From: a virus
DNA length: 64,000 nt
IMG/VR virus record: IMGVR_UViG_3300008265_000001
Reading direction: 5' to 3' (one strand)
Shown: piece after piece, positions 37,359 through 45,659 of the stretch
How the letters are laid out: each line of letters begins with the position of its first letter
Position numbering within the stretch: the first letter of the stretch is position 1
The notes under the pieces: model-generated
Told to the model about the DNA's origin: nothing
Databases searched by the model: none
Seen by the model: only the letters and a program-made list of their open reading frames with translations
Made by a program: the position numbers and the translations under genes

Positions 37359-37868
37359 ATGGCTCATCCAATTACATTCAGTACGCTTACTGAAGTCCTC
37401 AATCTAGATGTCAGCTCAATTCCCCAAGGATTTGCGGTTGTCTGCATTGAATTGAAGTCTTGGCTAATATACGATGCCACAGCTTCAGATGCAACTGTCG
37501 CAGGGCAGATATTCGCGCCTACGGCTGGTGCTGGGCGATGGTTTAGGTCGAACAATACTGCAAACAAACTAGACACGATTACGAGCGTCACAACCACTAC
37601 GTCCACGACTGTAGCTGATTTTACGAGTGTCGAGCAGGTTCGAGTGGTCTTTACACAAAACAGCACCATTAATCTACAGACGGTGCTGAGAAATGGTGCT
37701 GGTAGCTTGTTGTTAGATAGGAATAGTGGGGCTTGGACTATTACGGGATTTGACTCGCGCTTTAGATTTGGGAGTCTTTCTAGTCCTGCTTTTACTAGTA
37801 ATTTCTTGATTGTAAATTTTATATGTATAAATAGTTTGATATATGTTACAGAATATAATTCCTATTAA
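37359..37868 (+). CDS. short protein sharing the N-terminal domain of tail fibre 12950..13984
   Basis: LIYDATASDATVAGQIFAPTAGAGRWFRS parallels FSYGSTSTATADDVSVLLPASGIGRWFKL. Confidence 0.6.
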   Translation: MAHPITFSTLTEVLNLDVSSIPQGFAVVCIELKSWLIYDATASDATVAGQIFAPTAGAGRWFRSNNTANKLDTITSVTTTTSTTVADFTSVEQVRVVFTQNSTINLQTVLRNGAGSLLLDRNSGAWTITGFDSRFRFGSLSSPAFTSNFLIVNFICINSLIYVTEYNSY

Positions 37869-37871
37869 CGC

Positions 37872-38768
37872 CTAATTTATTTTCCATTTAATACTTAATT
37901 TATTTTCCATATCAAGTCTCCATGCCAAAGCATCTGCCCTACTAAAGAATGTGGGTGAGTTGTAATGCTTTTTATTAACGACAATTCTCGCTCTAAACTT
38001 TCCATTCCCGATATCATATACACCTTTACCAGAATTATCTCTTGCATTTAGTTTTTTATTTCTTATTAGTGTTTCTAGTTCTTTAATACTTCCCTCCCCA
38101 AACTTGTACACTTTTTCTGCCTCTAACTGTATAGCCAAAGCTTCTTCTCTTGTGGAATATGTTCCACAGCAAATTGTATTTTTATTAAGGTATATTCTTA
38201 CTTGCCATCTACCATCATCAAGTAATTTAATTCCTTTATTTGTCTGGATATTTTTATTTTTTTCTTTTATCTCCGATAAATATTTATAACTATCTCCCTC
38301 GGAAAATGTGCTAAATTTAGAAATTAAATTCTCTTTTTCTTTCAGTGCTTCTTCTTTTGTACAAAATGAGCCTACTCTTGCGGTTATACCTTTAAACTTA
38401 AGTCTTAACCTCCATTTATCATTTCTTTTATCTATGTGGCAGTTTATGTAGTATGACTCTCTTTCTGAAGGTCTAAAAACACTTTTGCAAATATTGTAGC
38501 AAAAATCCCAATTCTCAATACTGTCCAGATAAGTTTGTTCCAAATCTAGTAGCTTTTCTCTAGTAGATTCTTCAACAACAGTAAAATCAAAAACCTTTTC
38601 TCCGTATTTATTCCAAGCTTTTTGTAAATATTTGTTATCATGTATACCCTTTCTTAAATGTAATTTATGAGAGTTCCACCTAGTCCTTATACAAACTGAG
38701 CTGCCAACATAATACTTATTATTAGCAGTATTAGTAATAAAATAAATTCCTGATGTGTTCTTTTCCAT
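37872..38768 (-). CDS. GIY-YIG homing endonuclease with three AP2-like DNA-binding repeats
   Basis: GIYFITNTANNKYYVGSS...R...H...YL, then DKWRLRLKFKGITARVGSFCTKEEAL, GRWQVRIYLNKNTICCGTYSTREEAL and GKFRARIVVNKKHYNSPTFFSRADAL. Confidence 0.85.
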   Translation of the reverse strand: MEKNTSGIYFITNTANNKYYVGSSVCIRTRWNSHKLHLRKGIHDNKYLQKAWNKYGEKVFDFTVVEESTREKLLDLEQTYLDSIENWDFCYNICKSVFRPSERESYYINCHIDKRNDKWRLRLKFKGITARVGSFCTKEEALKEKENLISKFSTFSEGDSYKYLSEIKEKNKNIQTNKGIKLLDDGRWQVRIYLNKNTICCGTYSTREEALAIQLEAEKVYKFGEGSIKELETLIRNKKLNARDNSGKGVYDIGNGKFRARIVVNKKHYNSPTFFSRADALAWRLDMENKLSIKWKIN

Positions 38769-38775
38769 AATCACT

Positions 38776-38795
38776 ATTATAATTTTTTTTTTTTT
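38776..38795 (-). promoter_or_regulatory. TATAAT 7 nt before the ATG at 38768, preceded by an A13 tract
   Basis: The minus strand reads AAAAAAAAAAAAATTATAATAGTGATTATG. The homopolymer spans 38783..38795. Confidence 0.3.
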
Positions 38796-38880
38796 CTTCG
38801 CTTTTTCAAGTAACTTTGCAATTATTGAGTTTACCTGTATCAACAATCTCATCTATGTGAAATCAGTTACGAGCTACTAG

Positions 38881-40017
38881 TTACTTTTTGCTGTCATATT
38901 CTGGGTTCATGACCTTGACCGACAAATCGTTTGAGTAAAGTGTACGAACTACAATACCTTCAATGACTCGACCAGCCTCTTTCTCTCTTTTAAAAACATC
39001 AGAAGCAAATGAAATAAGTTCATCGTAATTTCTAGGATGTAATTGAAAGAAAAGTCTTGCTGGAGTGTATTGGAGTTTTAGCTCATGACAAATAATTTCG
39101 AGATTGTGAGGTTGTCCATAATGGATTCGAGTTGCAAAACCGCTCGCCAAATCATCAACACCGAAAAGAATTAGTCCTTGCTTCAACTGAGCATGAGGAT
39201 TCAGCTTGTTACCACTTCCTTTCAAACCCTGACCATAGATTTCACCACGAAAAGCGAGTTCGACGTTGTGCTTTTTGCAGTATTCCATACCACGTTCGTA
39301 CAGACCAGAAGACTTAGCCAACTTGACCCAACTATCAGCAGTGTCGTCAGTGATTTTCTTTTCCAGTGAACGAGAACAGATACCAGTGTACCAGTTACCT
39401 TCGACATCCTTCTTGAAATACTCGGTAAAAGAGCTTCCATCAACTTTGATAGTGTATGCAACTTCTGCCCCACTCGCAAGAACCCGATTAATGTGAGATT
39501 TGAGGTTAGCGCAGTTTTCTTCATCTGTGGAGTACAGAAAAGAAGGTAGTGTGCCTCTAGTTAGTCCTGTAGCGCCTTTCTCTGGCTCTTCATACTTAGT
39601 AATGCCCAATGCTGCTGCAAGGTCTTCAGCCGCCAACAATTCGCTTGGAAGCTCATTTGTGTTGAGTAAGATACCGACAGAGTAAATTGGGTCAGAACTG
39701 TTCTCGAAACTGAAATTGAACTTGAGCGCTCGAATGCGATTGTTTTTGCCAAGTCGAGATTTGTTAGGGTCGCCGTTAGGGGCTGTGAAACTTGCAAACA
39801 GAGGTGAGTCGGGCAAACAGTAGTCGGGCTGAATGTAGACTGCCTTGGAACCTACTTGGTAGATGCCCTTTTGCGAGACGACATTATAGCCGCACTCGTC
39901 TCCATTACTGAAGTTGAGGTTGACAACTTGAATGGACGACGCTTCTTCGCCATTTTTGTAGATAGGGATGATGCGGGAGATTGTTACGATTTCGACAGGG
40001 GCAATGGTGTTGGTCAT
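38881..40017 (-). CDS. ATP-dependent RNA ligase, DRB0094/Rnl5-like (N-terminal OB-like plus adenylyltransferase)
   Basis: Motif I is YTIKVDGSS, motif IV-like is IEGIVVR and motif V-like is VKVMNPEY. The N-terminus (KGIYQVGSKAVYIQPDYCLPD) resembles that family. Confidence 0.7.
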   Translation of the reverse strand: MTNTIAPVEIVTISRIIPIYKNGEEASSIQVVNLNFSNGDECGYNVVSQKGIYQVGSKAVYIQPDYCLPDSPLFASFTAPNGDPNKSRLGKNNRIRALKFNFSFENSSDPIYSVGILLNTNELPSELLAAEDLAAALGITKYEEPEKGATGLTRGTLPSFLYSTDEENCANLKSHINRVLASGAEVAYTIKVDGSSFTEYFKKDVEGNWYTGICSRSLEKKITDDTADSWVKLAKSSGLYERGMEYCKKHNVELAFRGEIYGQGLKGSGNKLNPHAQLKQGLILFGVDDLASGFATRIHYGQPHNLEIICHELKLQYTPARLFFQLHPRNYDELISFASDVFKREKEAGRVIEGIVVRTLYSNDLSVKVMNPEYDSKK

Positions 40018-40256
40018 AGTTCTTTCACTAGGTTGATTGTGTCGGGAATTTTGGATTGTTTTTCGTTACGGAGCCATTGATTGATTGCAGTTTCGGCAGC
40101 TTCAACGCTTTCGTAATGAGTTATTACTGTAGAACCATCGTAAGCAATAATATCCCTTTCTGTCCTGTACCAAAAGAAACAGAATCGTTCTTTAATGAAG
40201 TAATAATCTTCAGAGACATTGTGGAAAATCTTGAATCGTGGTGGTAATTTAATCAT
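40014..40256 (-). CDS. hypothetical protein (80 aa)
   Basis: Track ORF trimmed to the ATG at 40256, which overlaps the upstream stop. Confidence 0.5.
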   Translation of the reverse strand: MIKLPPRFKIFHNVSEDYYFIKERFCFFWYRTERDIIAYDGSTVITHYESVEAAETAINQWLRNEKQSKIPDTINLVKEL

Positions 40257-40527
40257 CCATGTATTCCTCAAGTTGTTGATGTGCTTGCTGCAATGCCTCT
40301 CGACGGTCACTCCGCTTAGCTGCTCGTTTGTAGGGTAGGTCATTATATCTACTATCTACTCCCTGTTTGTCGCCCCAGTTAGAGCCTCCATAATTTCTGC
40401 TGACCCTGCGCCGTACTTTATTCCATCTAGCTGCGCGTGGGTGCGTGAAGGGACTGCCAAGAGACTTGATGAGTCGATGCAGAAAACGAAGAAAGAATAA
40501 ATCTCTGTGTTTGCGAGTCCGTGACAT
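40249..40527 (-). CDS. hypothetical highly basic protein (92 aa)
   Basis: Track ORF, R/K-rich. Confidence 0.5.
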   Translation of the reverse strand: MSRTRKHRDLFFLRFLHRLIKSLGSPFTHPRAARWNKVRRRVSRNYGGSNWGDKQGVDSRYNDLPYKRAAKRSDRREALQQAHQQLEEYMDD

Positions 40528-40582
40528 TTTGTTGCTCCTGAATAACTAATGAAAGTATGGCAGAAAGGAAGTATTAAAGCGT

Positions 40583-41059
40583 CTACTCGTAGAGGTAGAT
40601 TTGGTGGTCGGGCATACAATCAGCAAACTGTTCAATCAAAGGTCGCACATCTTCCCAATCAAGACCACCCAGACCGCAGCCAAGCTTAGGTATGTGAATG
40701 TTGTGAGTTTGTCTTCTCCACTCTAGGTAATCTAAATTAGGACTTGCAGCTAGTTCTAATAATCCTGACTTAATCCAGTGTAAATGAGAAGGGTCTTTCC
40801 AGTGCTTTTTAGTTGGGAAAAGTACGATACTTAAACAAGAGTCATCAAAAGATATAAATTCAGGAAAACCTACTCGAAGATAATGTTTTTCGCAGAGATT
40901 CTTATATTGCCAAACTAAATTTGGGTACTTGTTTTTGAAGTCGAGCGCTAAGCCCTTACCCATGACTCCGACCGTGTTCACAGGAATGAAGATGGAGTTC
41001 TCAGGCTTAGTCAGGTCAACATCGAGAATGTCAGAGCCTTTTGGCATTGATTTAAGCAT
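40583..41059 (-). CDS. macro domain protein, TARG1/DarG-like
   Basis: VNTVGVMGKGLALDFKNKYP, LFPTKKHWKDPS and IPKLGCGLGGLDWEDV match the TARG1/DarG-type macrodomain layout. Confidence 0.8.
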   Translation of the reverse strand: MLKSMPKGSDILDVDLTKPENSIFIPVNTVGVMGKGLALDFKNKYPNLVWQYKNLCEKHYLRVGFPEFISFDDSCLSIVLFPTKKHWKDPSHLHWIKSGLLELAASPNLDYLEWRRQTHNIHIPKLGCGLGGLDWEDVRPLIEQFADCMPDHQIYLYE

Positions 41060-41333
41060 CTTTAATCTCCAATAATGAATCTATATTGCTTTCAACAAGG
41101 AATTGTATAGCTTCCTTCATGTCGTAAGAAGCATTATCAGCTAGTTTAAAGTAGAATCTAGCATTGTCGTATTTGATTTTAATCTGGCTGTACTGAAACC
41201 CTTCAAGTTTAGTTAGATGGCTTTCAAACAAATCATCGAGAAATTCTGCGACAGAAGCCTCGTTTATATCTAATCCATAATGCCCTTGCTCTAAATATTG
41301 TGCATATTTTGTGTTGAAGTCTTTGTCAAGCAT
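41052..41333 (-). CDS. hypothetical protein (93 aa)
   Basis: Track ORF. Confidence 0.55.
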   Translation of the reverse strand: MLDKDFNTKYAQYLEQGHYGLDINEASVAEFLDDLFESHLTKLEGFQYSQIKIKYDNARFYFKLADNASYDMKEAIQFLVESNIDSLLEIKDA

Positions 41334-42000
41334 CTTGGCGACTCCCGAAAACTCTTTCTATACGTTCATCCATTTCAGCTACAACTTTCTTCAAATTATC
41401 TGTGTTGATTTGAGGGTTAGTGATTTTTCTGGTAGTTTCAGCAAAATTCCCTTGTTTCGGAGGTGAGTCAGGACTGACATCATCGGCAACTTCTTTTTCT
41501 ACATCTGAGGCGTAGCCGAACATAGACTCACCAAGAGATTCTCTCATTTTATTGAGGTGTTTCGATGCTGCATTTTCTATTTTCTCAACTGCAATCGCAA
41601 TTTTTTCTAGGGCGGTTTTTTCTGAAGCTTGGTACTCAAAGTCATTGGGGTGAAACTCTTCGTAACGAATTTCGGGGTACTGTGTCACTGCTTTACCATT
41701 AAAGAACAATGTGCGATATTGACCGCCATATTCACCATCACTGACAGATAAACAGAAACAAGTGTCAGGAAAAGCAGTGAATGCTGGAGCAAGGTCTTCA
41801 ACCACGTTTCGCCAAGTGTAAGGCTCTTCAGTAGTTAAAAAGTTTGTCCCTAACTCTAAATCTTCAATATCTTCAAGAGTGAAGTCGTCTGCGGAAATTT
41901 CCTTTTCAATCTTTTTCGTAACAGCAAGTGCAATCTCTTGTAAGGGCTTCTCAGAGTAGTCTTCGAGAATTGAAATGCTGTAGCGGCGAGGGTCTGACAT
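41326..42000 (-). CDS. hypothetical acidic protein
   Basis: Track ORF 41326..42015 (TTG). I prefer the ATG at 42000 (MSDPRRYS). Confidence 0.6.
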   Translation of the reverse strand: MSDPRRYSISILEDYSEKPLQEIALAVTKKIEKEISADDFTLEDIEDLELGTNFLTTEEPYTWRNVVEDLAPAFTAFPDTCFCLSVSDGEYGGQYRTLFFNGKAVTQYPEIRYEEFHPNDFEYQASEKTALEKIAIAVEKIENAASKHLNKMRESLGESMFGYASDVEKEVADDVSPDSPPKQGNFAETTRKITNPQINTDNLKKVVAEMDERIERVFGSRQDA

Positions 42001-42001
42001 A

Positions 42002-42121
42002 TTATTGAAGCTCAATTAAAGTGCGAACAAATAAAAGTGTAATCTGAAGTGCCAACGTTGTCAACACTATAACGAAAAGATACTCCAACATTAGTTTGTA
42101 GAGTTGGTCGAAATCAAACAT
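42002..42121 (-). CDS. small membrane protein (39 aa)
   Basis: Hand-translated as MFDFDQLYKLMLEYLFVIVLTTLALQITLLFVRTLIELQ. Confidence 0.3.
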   Translation of the reverse strand: MFDFDQLYKLMLEYLFVIVLTTLALQITLLFVRTLIELQ

Positions 42122-42140
42122 GGCTATACCTCTAGATATG

Positions 42141-42164
42141 AAAAAGGGGCAACGCATCGCCCCT
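42141..42164 (-). terminator. rho-independent terminator after 42225..42806
   Basis: The minus strand reads AGGGGC gatgcgtt GCCCCT TTTTCAT. Confidence 0.55.
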
Positions 42165-42224
42165 CATTAAGTTCATTGCTTCAGCCTTTCAATAAAGATA
42201 GGGAGAATCAGTTCGCGCAATTCT

Positions 42225-42806
42225 TTACGACTTCGATTCAAGCCGACCAACAAATACCGCTTCATTCTTGCTTCGTGACTCCACTGGAACTCGGATATCA
42301 AGTACACCACCCTCGTAGCTCAACACAGGTGCTGAAGTGGCAATTAGATAGCTGGGAATCTTGCTAGAGAATTTCCCTTTACCTGCACGTTCAGTCCAAG
42401 TAAATTCAAGCTTGTTGTCTTTGGTGAGTGTAGCAGTCGCTGAAGTTTTATCGAGGTCGAAGATGCCTAGAGAGACATAGAATTGATTGTCATACTGGTT
42501 TTCAATGTAATCCCCTGCTTTTCTAGCAGTCAGTAAGACATCGTTGTGGAAGATAGTTACAGGCTCAAGAAACTTCTCTACTTCAGCATTACGAGCAGCG
42601 ATTTTAGCGGAAAGCTTTTCAACAAACTCTTTACCAGCAGTTTTATCTGTCTGGTATCGTTTACCCACGCATTTGTAGTTCTCGTTAGGATTGGGGCTAG
42701 GTAAATCTAGCTCCTGAAAAGCTTTGTTGATTTTGACGGCTGCATTAACAAACTCAGGGTTAACAGCAACACCAATTAGGTCAGAAAGATAAAAACTGTT
42801 GGGCAT
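42225..42806 (-). CDS. hypothetical protein (193 aa)
   Basis: Track ORF. Confidence 0.65.
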   Translation of the reverse strand: MPNSFYLSDLIGVAVNPEFVNAAVKINKAFQELDLPSPNPNENYKCVGKRYQTDKTAGKEFVEKLSAKIAARNAEVEKFLEPVTIFHNDVLLTARKAGDYIENQYDNQFYVSLGIFDLDKTSATATLTKDNKLEFTWTERAGKGKFSSKIPSYLIATSAPVLSYEGGVLDIRVPVESRSKNEAVFVGRLESKS

Positions 42807-42815
42807 AATTATTAG

Positions 42816-43223
42816 TTATTCAGGAAATGCTGCGAAATCGTCATGTACAAGATTGATATTTTCAGTATCGCTTACAGTTGGTTCTGGTGCAATACTTCTT
42901 GGGGTAGGTTTTACCGTCTTTGTGGTAGCGGCTTTCCGAATACGCTTCTCTGTGACGACAGGAGGAGGTGTTTGTTGCTCTTGCACAGGCTCTGGCGCAG
43001 CTTCCAGTGCGCGGAATGCAGAAAGAGAGTTCTGTACCACGTTCAGACGATTTCGTAAGTGCCCTTCACGACTCTTGGCTTCGGCTATATCGAGTAGTTC
43101 ATTTATCAGGTGGGACTCTTCAGCTTCGAGCACAATTATTAAGGTATTGGCTTGTGGCAATACTTCTAGGTCTTGCTGCGTTTGTGGACGAGTGTAGCGC
43201 TTAGTGCTTGTTAGTAGTGACAT
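42816..43223 (-). CDS. hypothetical protein (135 aa)
   Basis: Track ORF. Several antisense ORFs overlap it, but the minus strand fits the operon. Confidence 0.55.
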   Translation of the reverse strand: MSLLTSTKRYTRPQTQQDLEVLPQANTLIIVLEAEESHLINELLDIAEAKSREGHLRNRLNVVQNSLSAFRALEAAPEPVQEQQTPPPVVTEKRIRKAATTKTVKPTPRSIAPEPTVSDTENINLVHDDFAAFPE

Positions 43224-43815
43224 TTGTTGTTTTTGGTTTACGTGTTGTGCTGGTACGGCGATTCAAGTCCTCGTAAGGATTCTTGATTTTTTCGTTCTCT
43301 TGTTCGGCTAGCGCTTCGTTGAGCCAATCATACTGAGAGGCATCCATATCTTCATCATCATTGTAATGCGAATAGTCGAGGAAGTTATATCCTTTGCCAC
43401 TTTTCAGGTCGAAGCTGACCCAAAATTCGTCTAACGACTCAGCAGAAAAGAATGTTTGGGGCGACAGTAGGATAGCGCTGTGATGGTCAAGTCCGAACTC
43501 TTGACGAAACTTTGCCCCCTTTTTAGATTGGATAAACTCTTTGACGGCTTGGTAATCGAGCCATCCAAAAGTGAAGTATACAGCTACTTTTCTACCGTAG
43601 ATTTGTAGAATGGTGTTGTATGCAGCCAACTCCTCCCAAGTTGTTGCTTCGTTGAGGTCGAATCTGTCGCGCTTGAATTTCTCAACTGCTTTGGGCAAGT
43701 TAATATAGCACCAGTTGCGGAGCTTGTCGATGTCAAGGCGTTTTAGCTTGATTTGTGGGTAATCTAGTTGCCGAATGAGGCTGCTGACTCGAAGTCTAAT
43801 GTCATGTTTTACCAT
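43201..43815 (-). CDS. hypothetical protein (204 aa)
   Basis: Track ORF. Confidence 0.65.
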   Translation of the reverse strand: MVKHDIRLRVSSLIRQLDYPQIKLKRLDIDKLRNWCYINLPKAVEKFKRDRFDLNEATTWEELAAYNTILQIYGRKVAVYFTFGWLDYQAVKEFIQSKKGAKFRQEFGLDHHSAILLSPQTFFSAESLDEFWVSFDLKSGKGYNFLDYSHYNDDEDMDASQYDWLNEALAEQENEKIKNPYEDLNRRTSTTRKPKTTNVTTNKH

Positions 43816-43916
43816 TAAGACTTGTTGCTCCCGTCAGTACCTACAAGCCAAATAATCAACTGACATACAGCTACAGTACCGAAAGTTGCAATGAGAAATA
43901 CTATGAAATTAAACAT
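43815..43916 (-). CDS. small membrane protein (33 aa)
   Basis: Hand-translated as MFNFIVFLIATFGTVAVCQLIIWLVGTDGSNKS. TAATG overlap with the next gene. Confidence 0.35.
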   Translation of the reverse strand: MFNFIVFLIATFGTVAVCQLIIWLVGTDGSNKS

Positions 43917-43992
43917 AGAAAAATTACACGATGTTTACTGTTCTCAAGCTAACATCATGTAACTGTGGATTGTATCTATCTAGAGGAATAGA

Positions 43993-44931
43993 TTATAGAA
44001 GCTTAGGTTTGGTTAATACAGTTGGTTTAGGAATTTCACCTTCAATAGTGAAGTCAGCAGCGTTGAATTTTGGTGTGCCAAATGAATCTAGTTCACCAGA
44101 GTAGTTGTAGACCAGCTTTAGAGGCGGGTTCATGGGTGAATTATTGTTGCACGACCCTATAGGTTTATATTTTATAGTGCCGTTACCAAATTCAATAATC
44201 TGTTTAGCAGCTTCAATGTGAGATTCTTCGTTGTAAATATGAGCGTCACCAAATACCCAAGTGAGTGAGCCAACTTTTAAATTGCTGTGGAAAGCGAAGT
44301 AAGTAAGCAAAGCCCAGTATTGTACGATATTTGCCTGAAAACCAAGTAACATATCTTGACTTCTGGCATAATGTTTGATGTGCAATTCACCGTTTACAAC
44401 AAAGAACTGAAGTACTGTGGAATGGCAACAACTTGGGGTTTGAGGGTTATTGTTGGTCTTCGTAATGTTAGCCATCTCTCCTGTGTTCCAAGATGTCAGA
44501 ACTAAGCGGCGGGAGTGTTGGTGATTTTTTAAGCCGTCGAGAATGTAAGCGATTTGGTCAAAACCATCTAGGTCGTACTCATTCATCCCATGCTCATCTC
44601 TGCCATAGGTTGTAGTAGTTTGGTTACGAAATTGTTCAGCATACCCGTTTATGTAGTTGCCGTCCTTGTTAAGTTGTCCAGCCCACCACTTAGATAACTT
44701 CTCAGGGCATTTGAGGCTACCAGACATGAACCACTCCATCTCGGTCAGCGCGAGTTTCCATGCTGTCTTGCGGATAGTGATTAGCGGTAGAGAGTCAAAT
44801 GTTACGTTATCAAGAAAGGGATTGCAGTAGCACGAATGGTTACGTGTTTCGACCACGTTATTGAGTCTCAAAATGTCTTGCAGTAGAAAAGCGTAGGTGA
44901 GGTCGGCGGAAGTGTAGTTAGTTGTTGTCAT
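43993..44931 (-). CDS. ThyA-family enzyme (thymidylate synthase or dUMP hydroxymethylase)
   Basis: LTEMEWFMSG, SRRLVLTSWN, SCCHSTVLQFFV (catalytic Cys), YARSQDMLLGFQANIVQY (Asn retained, so uracil-specific) and GDAHIY. Confidence 0.8.
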   Translation of the reverse strand: MTTTNYTSADLTYAFLLQDILRLNNVVETRNHSCYCNPFLDNVTFDSLPLITIRKTAWKLALTEMEWFMSGSLKCPEKLSKWWAGQLNKDGNYINGYAEQFRNQTTTTYGRDEHGMNEYDLDGFDQIAYILDGLKNHQHSRRLVLTSWNTGEMANITKTNNNPQTPSCCHSTVLQFFVVNGELHIKHYARSQDMLLGFQANIVQYWALLTYFAFHSNLKVGSLTWVFGDAHIYNEESHIEAAKQIIEFGNGTIKYKPIGSCNNNSPMNPPLKLVYNYSGELDSFGTPKFNAADFTIEGEIPKPTVLTKPKLL

Positions 44932-45193
44932 GGTTTTCCCAGCTTATTTCGTAAATTTTACAGTTAGATTCACATCTCGTACCCATATCTGTGATAGTGT
45001 AACCCAAGTCTTGTAAGCGAACTTTAGTTTCATCTAAAAGATATTCGCCTCGCAAAGTAGTATAAACAACACTATTTTGCCCTTCACTCTGTAATTGGAA
45101 GAATAAGGCAGACAAATATTTTAGGCTATTGATTCTGTCTTTAGTTTCAAGTTTGGGGATATCTCTAACCGCACTCGCTGATAGTATTTGCAT
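44918..45193 (-). CDS. hypothetical protein
   Basis: Track ORF trimmed to the ATG at 45193. Confidence 0.5.
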   Translation of the reverse strand: MQILSASAVRDIPKLETKDRINSLKYLSALFFQLQSEGQNSVVYTTLRGEYLLDETKVRLQDLGYTITDMGTRCESNCKIYEISWENHDNN

Positions 45194-45659
45194 CGCCTCT
45201 CCTCTGTTGTAGTAATGTACGTCTTGCTTCAAGGTGGTTCAATAACCATCGATATTTGCGGCTTTCGTCAACCACATTTCCATCAGAGTCTACGTGATAG
45301 TACAGAAAAGGAAGTTCTGAGTCAGTGAACTCCTCTTGCCAGTATTCGCTCCACTTGATTTTTTGGTCGAGCGCCTTTTTGATTTTGGCTTGAAGCTCGG
45401 CTGCGGGTAATTGCTGTTTTTTAGGTAGCGCAGTGAGTTGAGTAGCAAGAAGTTCAGTTTCCCAATCGTGGACACGGTTAAGGCGGCTATCTTCTTTGCA
45501 AGTTAGATGATACCAGTAAGCGGCAACACATAGGAATCTCCCTTCAGGCATATTTAATTCGCAGAGAGTGCGGTGTGAAAGAAATTTGCCTAGAAAAGTC
45601 GCGCCCTTAGCCCAAACATTAATATGCCCAACACCATCAAGTTTAGGGTTAATTGCCAT
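45165..45659 (-). CDS. hypothetical protein, tandem paralog 2
   Basis: INPKLDGVGHINVWAKGATFLGKFLS...YRWLLNHLEARRTLL parallels the upstream gene. Confidence 0.65.
   Translation of the reverse strand: MAINPKLDGVGHINVWAKGATFLGKFLSHRTLCELNMPEGRFLCVAAYWYHLTCKEDSRLNRVHDWETELLATQLTALPKKQQLPAAELQAKIKKALDQKIKWSEYWQEEFTDSELPFLYYHVDSDGNVVDESRKYRWLLNHLEARRTLLQQRRGDANTISECG

Noticed and set aside
39132-39685. Cluster of five short ORFs on both strands inside the RNA ligase gene.
   Set aside because: All are nested in the 378-aa ligase ORF, which carries clear nucleotidyltransferase motifs.
42799-43204. Three plus-strand ORFs antisense to 42816..43223.
   Set aside because: They are Cys/Arg/Ser-rich low-complexity translations with no neighbours on the plus strand. 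The minus-strand ORF is coupled to the operon. Residual doubt is reflected in its moderate confidence.
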